Under the pieces are notes generated by a model. It ran no database searches and had not been told where the DNA came from. It saw only the letters and a program-made list of their open reading frames with translations. Below are positions 1-11,739 of a DNA stretch of 64,000 nucleotides, one piece after another. The stretch's first letter is position 1. Each line of letters begins with the position of its first letter. The DNA comes from Chrysomallon squamiferum (lineage: Eukaryota > Animalia > Mollusca), in assembly GCA_012295275.1 (NCBI GenBank), contig CM022675.1, positions 186,001 to 250,000 of the forward strand, read 5' to 3'. Position numbers and translations under genes: made by a program.

Positions 1-752
1 TGTGAAAATTAGCATATTAATTCTTAAATATATCCTTGTATAACATACACACACACATACACACACACACACACACATATAACAAAGGTCGATTATTTGT
101 TTATGGAAAGGAACAAATAAAATACTGCTTCTGCTATTCAATAAAAACGTTTCTGCTGTCCTATCAATGTATAATAATGATGATGATGATGATGATGATA
201 ATAATAAATAATAGTAATAATAATAACAATAACAATAATAATCATAATCATATTAATAGTAATAGTGATAGTGGTAGTAGTAGAGCTAGTAGTGGTAGTA
301 GTAGTAGTAATAATAATAATAGTAGTAGTAGTTGCACTAGTTGCAGCAGCAACAGCAGTAGTAGTAGTAGTAATAGCAATAGTAGATGCAGAAGCTATAG
401 CAGCTATTGTTAATGCATATACATAGTAATAAATTGTATCTAGGACAAAATCAATGCTTTATTATCGTTACATTTTTTATCATTTTTTAAAAATAATTTG
501 AAAAAACTCAACTTTTTATAATGGAATTCATTACTTCGATTATGTCGATGTTTTTAATCACAAGAAACAAGACTTTATTATTTATTCTACTTTAAACAAA
601 GACCTGGATGTCACATGGTATGGAGAACAGACAATAACGTGGCTAAAAGAACTTAATGCAAAGTTATCTGGAAGAAAGAGCGAACTTGTCCAGTAACCTG
701 TTGAAACTTCGTGAAAACATAGTTTGGGATTATTTGACTTTTCAAGACATAC
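1..752 (-). repeat. Inverted duplicate of the paralog-2 upstream region (15796-16810)
   Basis: Positions 1-45 are the reverse complement of ~16766-16810, and 660-752 of ~15796-15890. Confidence 0.85.
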
Positions 753-855
753 TTGTTGTTTTAGATAAACTCGCGCATGATAAAGCCTACGGCAAAATAG
801 AGTAGAAGACACAATAGAAAACTGAATAAATTATAGTGTGTGTATATGTATTCGT

Positions 856-908
<53 letters not shown>

Positions 909-1404
909 TGTGTGTCTGTTCACATAAAAAATTAAACAAACTCAAGTGGAAAGAAATATCGACCTCTGGATGAAACGAATAATAACACGTATAAAGCCGC
1001 CAGGTTTTCTTAATTATTTGTTTATTTGTTTAAGTTGCCATAGAAGATCTGCACGCACGCGCACGCACACACACACACGCACACACGCATACACACACGA
1101 ATACACATTGACACACACACACACGAACACACACACACAAACACACATACGCACACACACACAGACACGAATACACATACACACACTATAATTTATTCAG
1201 TTTTCTATTGTGTCTTCTACTCTATTTTGCCGTAGGCTTTGTCATGCGCGAGTTTATCTAAAGCAAGTTTTATTTTTATGACACAAATACACTACACTGT
1301 TTTATAACTAAGTCAACAAGGGAAGGAAAAACCTGTCATGCGATCTTCTTCCTGGTCCAGCTTTTTTGTACACAGTAGTTATTTAACATCTCGAAGAATC
1401 CGCC

Positions 1405-1669
1405 ATGTTGTCTACAGTTGTCGCTATTTTTATTGTTTTCTTCTTGTGTTTGTCACCTACCCAGTCAGAAATACTAAGTAAGTAGATTTTATATCTGTAT
1501 GATCAAAAGTAGGAATAGAACTAAATAAACTGTCGTATTTTTAAGTTAATTATAATGTCTCCTTAATGAGCTAAATATATGTAATCTCTCTCTCTCTCTC
1601 TTTTCATTACTGCAATTTTTACTTGTCACCGTTTACGGGTGAAAGGATATCAGGCCTTAAATGGTGTAA

Positions 1670-1721
<52 letters not shown>

Positions 1722-1723
1722 GC

Positions 1724-1776
<53 letters not shown>

Positions 1777-1983
1777 TTATTATTAGTAGTAGTAGTAGTA
1801 GTAGTAGTAGTATAATAGAGTACCGTAGACACACAGACACACACACGCATGCCGCTTTCTTTCTTTCTTTCTTTGAGTAGAAGAACAAGAACAACGACAA
1901 GAGCAAATACTACCAGCGCTTTATTTTTATTTTTTTTATTTCTTTGGGGGGTTTTTTTATTTTTTTTTTTTTTTATGTTTTTT

Positions 1984-2031
<48 letters not shown>

Positions 2032-4002
2032 CTTAAGGTGAAATTGTCATCGGTAGCGAGTACCGGGACCCAATTTTTATTTTAAACATTCATCTGAGCG
2101 CTGCCATGGAAACCGTCTGTTTTGTGTTTGTGCGAGCGTAAGTATGTATATATTGTATGTATGTATTGTACTGTATGTACGTACGTACGTACATCTGTAT
2201 GTATGTATGTATGTATGTATGTGTGTGTTTGTCTGTATGTATGTATGTATGTGTGTATGCGTGCGTGCGTGCATTCGTGCGTGCGTGCGTCGGTTTGAAA
2301 AAAGTATCTTCCAATGTAAAACTGAATTGGCAGATTACGACGGCGCGATTATTAATGCATTTCAATTTCAATGGTTACTTTTTATTTATTTTTATTCATT
2401 CAGAAAATAAATAAATAAATAAACAAACAAACAAAAACGATTAATAATAATAATAATAATAATAATAATTAAAACAACAACAACTACAGTATTAATAATA
2501 GGCAGTGGACGGATGAATCCCGACTGCTTTTTTCTTTTTCTTTCGTCCGACGAGTAGAGCCTGACCTGACCCGACCCTACCCGAGTGTAGCCGAACGGAG
2601 CTGAGCTGTGCTGAGATCGGTTCCCATGACAACGGTGAGATGAACGTTGGAAAACTGGGTCTCGGTACTCGCTACCGATGTCAATTTCACCTTAAACACT
2701 GCACACAAAAAATAAAGAATAATAAAAAAGTAATGACAACGACACTTTACAGTCCATCACCACGAAAAACGAAAGGCTGTTCACAACAACAACAGCAACG
2801 ACAACAACAATAGCAGCAGCATCAGCACCACAACCACCACTACCACCACAACCACCACTACCAACAACAACAGCAACAATAATAAAGATAATTTCATACA
2901 AAATGACTTCTGAAGACATTGACAATAACACTTTACACTTCTTCAGCATGAAAGACGAAATACTGATTACAAAAACAACAGCAGCAGCAGCAGCAGCAAA
3001 AACAACAACAGCAACAACAACAGCAAAGACACCAATAATCCTAATTTCATACAAAATGACTCCTGAACACAGGATAACTACGAAACCTTTCTATTATTAT
3101 CATCACTACTACTACTACTACTACTACCACTACTACTACTACTACAACTACTACAACTACTACCACTACTACTACTACTACTACCACTACTACTACTACT
3201 ACCACTACTACTACCAATACCACTACCACTACTACTACCACTACTACCACTACTACTACTACTACTACAACTACAACTACTACCACTACTACTACTATTA
3301 ATTGTTTTTGTTTATTTATTTATTTATAAACATAATTCTCTTTTTCTAAATAATAAAAAATAATTTGTTTTTATTAATAATTAAATAATAATAATAATAA
3401 TCATAATATAATAACACAACAATAATAACAAAAACAACAAAAAATACATATTCAATTGATAATTCTCTTAAAATGAATACATATTAGATCAAACACTAAG
3501 TGTACCTATACAGTTTCAGTAAAATATTAGAAAGAAAAATAAATTGAAATGTTCGCTTCTATTTGACTTAAATATTTTGCCATTTTATTTCTATTTAACA
3601 TAAAATGATCTAACTTTACCAAATTTACGAGTTTATGTGAAAATTTGTGTTATGATTTTATCTAACTAGGCAAAACCTACAAGTTGATCACTCGTTATAA
3701 TACCCTAAATGTTTCTACTCAGTATATTTCCAATACGTAGGTCCCTGGAGTGACGTGTCGGGTGACGCCATGACAGACAATTACGTCATACTGAATAAGG
3801 CCCAGTCGTGGTGGTCTGCTGTTTATTCTGGCTGTCAGTCAAAGGGAGGAAGACTTGTTACACACTCTAAATCTGTGTCTATGTCTGGTTACAGATGGAA
3901 CCGAGTAAAACTTACTGGGTTGGTGCCACAGAAACTTACACTCCTTGGATATGGACAGGTATGTTATATTATTGATGTGTGTGCGTGTGTATGTGTATGT
4001 GG

Positions 4003-4065
<63 letters not shown>

Positions 4066-7000
4066 GTTTAATATTTATTTATTTACTTATCATCATCATC
4101 ATCATCATTGTTATTATTATATTAATTTATTTATTCATTACAATTATTATTATTATTATTATTGTTATTGTTATTATTATTATCTATTTATTTATTTATT
4201 TACTTACTTACTTATGTTTTCAGAAACAAACGAAACCCTGTTTAAATTTGTTGAAGATATAGCGGTGTCACAAACTGTGTTAAACAGTCCTGTTACTATT
4301 GATGACAACAGTGTGTTTAAATGTTTCCAGTGGTGTAACCGTAACCCTAAGAACACAATAAACAGAAGATTTGGTTTACAGGTGATTCTTTTTACTGTTA
4401 GATAAATCTATTCTTTGAAAGAATAATGCAGTTTAATGCTGAGTTGAAAATATGTATGTATGTACATATATATATAGTGGTACCTTGACTTATCAGTTTA
4501 ATTCGTCCCGTGACCGAGCTCGTAACTCAATTTGCTCGTATATAAAATTAATTGTCCCCTCTGAAATTTACTGAAATACCATTAATCCGTTCCAACCCCC
4601 CTAAAACCAACACAATTTTTGGTAACCTGTTTTTAAAATAAGAAAAATGTATTTATAAATGAAAAATATGGTATAACACATAATGATATAGAATGTAAAG
4701 AAATAAATTGGTTTTGTAAAATGTACAGTGTTAGGAATTCTCCATCTTTTCATGGACATAGGTCCGCAGTTTAGAAATTATTTTAACGCCTTTGGCTGAA
4801 GTTATTATAGACGTTTTCGACTCTTTCTGCTTCAATATTGTGCATGTCGTAGAGGTACTACGCTCGTTCTGCCCAGCCAAGTGGACTACACACACACCTC
4901 GCTATTACATGCGTTAATTCAGTGGACATCATCTGTTTCTTCTTCTCAGCACTCTTCTTTACACTCATTTTCCTATGATCCATGGTCACGGATCTATTGA
5001 AATTTGAAAAAATACTGCAGAAAACGCGAGCACAACACAACAGAGACGCTTCCACGTGAAGTAAAAACTTGAAGTAAAAACGTGAAGTAAAAACTTGAAG
5101 TAAAAACGTGAAGTAAACACGTGAAGTAAACACGTGAAGTAAAAACGTGAAGTAAACGAGTGAGACACAGGATGTCTGCTCGTAACTGGGAAAACTTTTA
5201 AGTGAAGGTACCACTGTGTGTGTGAGTGTTTGTGTGTTTGTGTGTGTTTGTGTGTTTGTGTGTGTTTGTGTGTGTGTTTGTGTGTTTATGTGTGTGTGTT
5301 TGTGTGTGTGTTTGTGTGCGTGTATATGTGTGTGTATTGTGTGTGTGTGTGTGTGTGTGGGTATAGCTATATTTTTCTCTGTCTCTGTGTACCTGTCTAT
5401 TTATCTGTCTGTGTACCATCTATCTGTCTCTTTCTACTTCTCTTTATCTCTAGTAAAAAGTTATAAAATTACAAAAACTAAAGATCAGTTACATATTGTC
5501 GTATTGCAGGGAAGAAAATGTTTCTGCAGTCTTCCACAACATAAAACAGACTCTAAGAAAGATACAACATTCAAGAAAGTAAACAAAGTACGCTGTCCTG
5601 GGACCTATGACGAGTACTGTGGTGGTGCGGACGTTGTTTCTGTCTACGAACTAGGTAAGAATTTTATTTTGATAATATACAGGTATTAGAAGTGTAAGCT
5701 TTTTCAGCCTTATTTTATTTTTTATTTTCTTATTGGATCAGAAAGGTAATATTTGTAATAGTAATAGTAGTAGTAGAAAAGTATTAGTAGTAGCTGTTGT
5801 TGTAATTAGAATTCAGTAGACGTTGAGCAGAAGTAGTAGTAATAGCAGTAGCAGCAGCAGCAGATGTAGTAGTAGAAGCAGTAATAGTAATAATAGCAGA
5901 AGTAATAGCAACAATAGTAATAGTAGCACTAGTAGTAGTATTAGCTGAAGTAGTACCAGTAGCAGTAATAGTAGTAGTAGTAGTAGTAGCAGAAGTAGTA
6001 CAAGTAGCAGTAATAGTAGTAGTATTAGCAGAAGTAATACCAGTAGCAATAATAGTAGTAGTAGTAGTAGAAGTAGTACCAGTAGCAATACTAGTAGCAG
6101 TAGTAGCAGAAGTAGTACCAGTAGCAGTAATAGTAGCAGTAGCAGAAGTAGTACCAGTAGCAATAATAGTAGTAGTATTAGTAGAAGTAGCAATAATAGT
6201 AGTAGTAGTAGCAGAAGTAGTACCAGTAGCAGTAATAGTAGTAGTATTAGCAGAAGTAGTACCAGTAGCAATAATAGTAGCAGTAGTAGCAGAAGTAGTA
6301 CCAGTAGCAATAATAGTAGTAGTAGTAGCAGAAGTAGTACCAGTAGCAATAATAGTAGTAGTATTAGCAGAAGTAGTACCAGTAGCAATAATAGTAGTAG
6401 TAGTAGCAGAAGTAGTACCAGTAGCAGTAATAGTAGTAGTAGTAGCAGAAGTAGTACCAGTAGCAATAATAGTAGTAGTAGTAGAAGAAGTAGCAGTAGC
6501 AGTAATAGTAGTAGTAGTAGCAGAAGTAGTAGCAGTAGCAGTAATAGTAGTAGTATTAGCAGAAGTAGTACCAGTAGCAGTAATAGTAGTAGTATTAGCA
6601 GAAAAGTACCAGTAGCAATAATAGTAGTAGTATTAGCAGAAGTAGTACCAGTAGCAATAATAGTAGTAGTAGTAGCAGAAGTAGTACCAGTAGCAATAAT
6701 AGTAGTAGTAGTAGTAGAAGTAGTAACAGTAGCAATAATAGTAGTAGTATTAGCAGAAGTAGTACCAATAGCAATAATAGTAGTAGTAGTAGCAGAAGTA
6801 GTAGCAGTAGCAGTAATAGTAGTAGTATTAGTAGAAGTAGTACCAGTAGCAGTAATAGTAGTAGTATTAGTAGAAGTAGTACCAGTAGCAGTAATAGTAG
6901 TAGTATTAGTAGAAGAAGTACCAGTAGCAATAATAGTAGTAGTAGTAGCAGAAGTAGTAGTACTAGCAGTAATAGTAGTAGTATTAGTAGAAGTAGTACC

Positions 7001-9908
7001 AGTAGCAGTAATAGTAGTAGTATTAGTAGAAGTAGTACCAGTAGCAGTAATAGTAGTAGTAGTAGCAGAAATAGTACCAGTAGCAGTAATAGTAGTAATA
7101 TTAGCAGAAGTACCAGTACCAGTGGCAATAATAGTAGTGAGTACAGTGTGAAGTACCAGTAGCAGTAATAGTAGTAGTATTAGCAGAAGTAGTACCAGTA
7201 GCAGTAATAGTAGTAGTAGTAGCAGAAATAGTAGTAGTATTAGCAGAAGTAGTACCAGTAGCAGTAATAGTAGTAGTAGAAAGAGTAGCTGGAGTTGAAT
7301 AATAATATTAGAAGCAGCACAAATAGCAGAAGTAGTAGTAATGTTTGTAGAACTAACAGTATAGTAGTAATAGTAGTAGTAAATGTAGTGGTTGTTGCTG
7401 TAGATGATGTAACAGATGGAGAAGAAATAATACAAGCTGTAGGTGGTATCAGTAGTGGTTGTAGCAATAGAAACAGGAATAGTGGTGGTGGTGGTGGTAG
7501 TAGTTGTAAAAAGAAGAAGATGAAATAGCGGTAGTATCACACAGACACTGTTTTTATATTAAAGAAATATTTTATTTCAGATCTGCCTGTTTCTGTAGAT
7601 ATAAAAAGCGGAACAAGTAAAAACAGCAACTGCGGCTACGTCAAATATGAAAACAACAAAATCACCCTTCGATTTGCAAACTGTAATACACAGTGGATAC
7701 CAGGTGTTTGTCCAAGTATGTGGTTAACTTATTTCTTTGTTTGTTTGTTCATTCGTTTCTTTGTTCTTTCTTTCTGTTCTTTCTTTGCTTCCGTTTTGTC
7801 ACCATATGTATTTGTGCATGAATTTTATCTTTATGTGTTTGAATTTGTATGCATGTAACTAATATTATATTCATTACTGAAAAATGCTAACATTGATAAA
7901 AAAAAACAGCAACAACAAACAATAAAAAGAAGAGATGTTTAAATCCATCAAGTAATTATACTGACGTTTGTTCTACGTTTCAGAAAATAGTTTTATGACA
8001 AGTACGTGCAGAAGTGTGGTATGTATTTTAACACAATATTTAAAATGGAATGAACCTAGAGTACAGTGTGGTGGAAATTTGTCAAAACTGACAGACACAG
8101 CAGAGTCAGAACTGAAAACGCTGATTAAGGGTAAATGGTTAAATTATTGGATTGGACTGAAACGAAACATTGAATGGAGGTGGATTGATGGTAAGAGAAC
8201 TCAGACGAACAGACACAGACAAAACTACAAACATACATAAATACAAACATACATATATACAAACATACACATATACGCACATACACAAATATGTTTTTCC
8301 TGATCACATGTTCATTGTCTAAATGTTCAGCCACATATGAAATACACAAATACACAGAAATACCTGCAATCTTAGAGACACGTAGAAAACTTCTATCTCT
8401 CTGTTATCCAACTATTTATCTACTAACATCCCTTATATATAAACTATTATATAATGATGTATGATGTCACTACATTACAAATATTTTACCTTATTAATGA
8501 AAAGATTTGTTCTTTCTTTCTTTCTTTTCTTTTTTTTTTTCTTTTTTCTTAAGGAAACCTTTTTACAAATCCTCCCAACACTTATGGAAAAGCTCATAAA
8601 AGTATTGCATGGAAGAGAAACAAAAATAACAACATTCCTGAAAAGTCATCGACAAAATTATCTGCTGTGTGTCAACTGTGTAAGTATTGTGTGTGTGTGT
8701 GTGTGTGTGTTGTGTGTGTGTGTGTGTGTGTGTGTAGTGTCAGTTTTTGATTAAAAAGAAGAAACTATTATTGAAAGCAGTACACAGACACACAGAATAG
8801 TTATATAAATACATGCAAAATATACTACATACACAATATGTACACAAACATACACATATAGCAATATACTCAAACATCCATGCGAATGTAATATCAATTA
8901 ATATTTATAAATTAATGTTTTTAACGTATAAAAAGAATATTTTCAGTGAAAAGTAAACTTCGATTACAGAAATATTATTGTTTGTCTCTGGTACTTATTA
9001 CATATATTATTCTTATATGAAATTAACAGTAGTAGTAGTACTAGTAGAAGTAGTACTAGTAGACGTAGTAGTAAGTGTGAAACAATCGGAACCGAAACAC
9101 ATACACACATTTTGATCTTAAATCAAAAATAATTATAGTGGTATTTGAGAAGAAATAAGATGATGCTGATAATGTAGATAATAATGACAAAGACGGTACA
9201 TTTCACTATAAAGATTTTCTGTTATAAAACATATAACTTTTATTAACAGATAAAACAACTACTACATCAGTTCCAACGACCAAACTACTAACACTGAACA
9301 CGACGGTAACAACGGCAACTACAACAAAAGAAACAGTGGGCTCCACAACAAAACAATTTAACTTGTTGACAACGGAAACAACAACGACAACGATAACAAA
9401 ACAAACAGTGGACTTCACAACAACACAATTTGACTTGTTGACGACAACGTTGTTTGAAAAAGGACGAAAACAACAGACGAACCAATCGAAGAACAACGCA
9501 GGTCTTTTCATTATTTTAATATTTGCTTTGTTTCCATTTTGTCTTTTATTTACTATTTATTTATTTTATCTTCATTTCTTTTCTTTCTTTTTAAATCTTA
9601 TTATTAATATTATGATTACTAATTATTATTATCATTTCTAATTTTCTTCTTATTTTTTTATTTTTTTTTTTTTTTGTCAATGTTTTTCTTTTCTGATAGC
9701 TTGTTTTCTTTTTAAACAACGATCACAAATGGTCTGGATAAAAGATGTTAAAAGTTTTGCAACAAGCTCAGAGGTACGTAAATAAACAGATGTAACAATA
9801 TTTGTAACTTGTTTATTTTTAGCTTTGATTGGCGGCAGTGTTGTTGCTGTTATTGTTGTTATGGTAACATCTATCTTGATTTTCATCTGGATGAAACGGT
9901 AAGGAAAC

Positions 9909-9940
<32 letters not shown>

Positions 9941-10879
9941 TGTAATTCAATGCTATTCAACTGCATATTTATTTGATAAATGGCTAAAATTGTAGAAAAC
10001 CCGGGTATATGAGGTGTGAAGAACAATTCTTATATTTTTAAATTATACCAAAATAAATAAATTAATAGAAAGTATATCTATTATTATTTTCCATTTCCTT
10101 TCTCTATTACGTTACAGAACACAACGTTTTGTTTCGCAAAAGAAAAAACACAGCAGAACGTAAACAAAGGTCACATGAACAAAAGTTACAACGCTGAAAC
10201 TGCAGACTATGAATTTGAACAACCTGTTAAAGCGGGAATTAACAAAACCATGAACGAGAACCTGTCTAATGACGTAATAAGTGACGTAAATTCTGACGTG
10301 ACACGCGAAGCAGAAGATGACGACTATTACAGTAAAATTAACAAAGATAAACAACAAAGAACGGTAACTCTACTTCAGACTGGTAAACAGAGTTGTTCCC
10401 CTCTAACCACTGACAGCAGACAGAATATTTACGTGAATGTTAGTAATGATTCAGATTACGAAACAGCAGAAGCGATTCAAGAAACTCGTAATGTTATTGA
10501 AGATAAACATAATGGTGGCGGTTTCGACAAAACAGACGGGAAAAGAATGAAAACAAACACACCGAAGATGCACATTAACATCGCTGATGATGAAGTTTAC
10601 GATACAACAGACACAAAAGTACCGACAGGAACTTCAACGAATGTGTACCATCATCTTGGTAACGAAAACGTCGACGACTACGACACAACTGAAGCCGTTG
10701 TTCCAAATTTGTATGATTCCAGTTTATATAACCACACTGACGTAAATTCATCTCAGTATTCATTAAAAGCAGACGACATCAACTGTGAGAACGTAGATGA
10801 AGAACTGAATTTCTCTCAAAATGATGGAAATGTTTATTTCGTTCTGGAAGACGAAGATGCACCTGAAAATACGGCTTAA
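1405..10879 (+). CDS. Receptor paralog 1: signal peptide-CTLD(split by WSC)-CTLD-Thr stalk-TM-Tyr-rich tail; 10 exons, two 1-bp frameshifts (error or young pseudogene)
   Basis: GT-AG exons with consistent phases: 1405-1477 (MLSTVVAIFIVFFLCLSPTQSEIL, Kozak ccgccATG), 3741-3958, 4224-4381, 5510-5654, 7581-7715, 7984-8190, 8554-8679, 9250-9501, 9823-9898 (TM ALIGGSVVAVIVVMVTSILIFIWMKR), 10118-10879. Relative to paralog 3 there are 1-bp deletions near 3880 and in the T-run near 10127. Confidence 0.8.
1815..3340. repeat. Copy of the modular repeat in intron 1 of paralog 1 (right half inverted relative to 14.3-15.0 kb)
   Basis: Motif A forward at 2032-2116 and reverse at 2618-2705. Region 2500-3095 is the reverse complement of ~14505-15050. 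Confidence 0.75.
3741..3958 (+). CDS. Paralog 1 exon 2: CTLD1 N-terminal half
   Basis: YVILNKAQSWWSAVYSGCQSKGGRLVT...YWVGATETYTPWIWT fits the CTLD W..A...C...GG.L...WIG...W.W pattern. The exon is 218 nt versus 219 nt in paralog 3. Confidence 0.8.
4224..5654 (+). CDS. Paralog 1 exons 3-4 (4224-4381, 5510-5654): WSC domain
   Basis: KCFQWC...FGLQ|GRKCFCS...RCPGTYDEYCGGADVVSVY matches the WSC signature C...C...GLQ.G..CFC...CPG...E.CGG....VY. Confidence 0.8.
4475..5216 (-). mobile_element. Tigger/pogo-like non-autonomous DNA transposon relic (intron 3, paralog 1)
   Basis: TIRs (T)AGTGGTACCTTGACTTA / TAAGTGAAGGTACCACTG following a TA run. The minus strand encodes a degenerate Tigger transposase N-terminus (SAEKKKQMMSTEL...ERSTSTTCTILKQKES...AKGVKIISKLRT). 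Confidence 0.85.
5950..7280. repeat. 39-bp AGT-derived minisatellite (intron 4, paralog 1)
   Basis: Unit AGCAGAAGTAGTACCAGTAGCAATAATAGTAGTAGTAGT, repeated many times. Confidence 0.9.
7581..8679 (+). CDS. Paralog 1 exons 5-7: CTLD1 C-half (7581-7715) and CTLD2 (7984-8190, 8554-8679)
   Basis: Exon 5 encodes NSNCGYVKYENNKITLRFANCNTQWIPGVCP. Exon 6 encodes LKWNEPRVQCGGNL...YWIGLKRNIEWRWIDG. Exon 7 ends LSAVCQL. Confidence 0.75.
10118..10879 (+). CDS. Paralog 1 terminal exon: acidic, tyrosine-motif-rich cytoplasmic tail
   Basis: ORF 10175-10879 carries DYYSKI, IYVNV, DYETA, VYDTT, VYHHL, DYDTT, LYNHT and VYFVL. Confidence 0.8.
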   Translation, partial: NTTFCFAKEKTQQNVNKGHMNKSYNAETADYEFEQPVKAGINKTMNENLSNDVISDVNSDVTREAEDDDYYSKINKDKQQRTVTLLQTGKQSCSPLTTDSRQNIYVNVSNDSDYETAEAIQETRNVIEDKHNGGGFDKTDGKRMKTNTPKMHINIADDEVYDTTDTKVPTGTSTNVYHHLGNENVDDYDTTEAVVPNLYDSSLYNHTDVNSSQYSLKADDINCENVDEELNFSQNDGNVYFVLEDEDAPENTA

Positions 10880-11266
10880 AATTTATAAATGAATTTTTTG
10901 AATTCTTAGAAATCACAGTATAGTGATATCGACCAATTCTCTTCACTCTACCAATTCCACATCAGATAACAAAGAAAATCAATAAAATATTTGATGTAGC
11001 TTATTTTAAATTTAATAGTTTGTAAAATGTATATCCTCTCTATGCCATTCTCCTGAAAGAAATTACATTAATTGTTTATTCTCAGAAAATATTATCATTT
11101 GACGTGTTGATTAAAAAAATATTTGACTTCTGAACATTTTATTTTTGTACTAAAATTATATATTAACTATTTAACTTAATATTATGCTTTGTCCAATTTT
11201 ATATTGAACTAAATCTTCAAACATTTGTATTTATATTATGTTAATTTATTTTTAATTTTTATATAC

Positions 11267-11300
<34 letters not shown>

Positions 11301-11487
11301 TAGATGCTACTGAGAAATTATATTAAATTGTGTGAAAAAATAAAATTTAGAATAATAAAACTTTTTCCGTATTTTTTTGTGGTTTTTTCATATTTTTAAT
11401 TAATAAAGAAAAGAAAAAATGCTTGTATCTAGAGAAATAAAGACACTGTCATAAATGTAATATTTTTCAAATAATAGATAATCTTTT

Positions 11488-11539
<52 letters not shown>

Positions 11540-11739
11540 NNNNNNNNNNNNNNNNNNNNNNNNNNNNNNNNNNNNNNNNNNNNNNNNNNNNNNNNNNNNN
11601 NNNNNNNNNNNNNNNNNNNNNNNNNNNNNNNNNNNNNNNNNNNNNNNNNNNNNNNNNNNNNNNNNNNNNNNNNNNNNNNNNNNNNNNNNNNNNNNNNNNN
11701 NNNNNNNNNNNNNNNNNNNNNNNNNNNNNNNNNNNNNNN
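11540..11739. other. Assembly gap (200 N)
   Basis: Run of N flanked on the left by (GA)n. Confidence 1.

Noticed and set aside
36-3301. Many short ORFs of poly-HT/CV/I/N/Y (and similar ORFs throughout the window)
   Set aside because: Microsatellite translations with no splice-consistent coding signal.
5813-7540. 575-aa minus-strand poly-Leu/Thr 'mucin-like' ORF
   Set aside because: It is a translation of the intronic 39-bp AGT-derived minisatellite and is not conserved in the paralogous introns.
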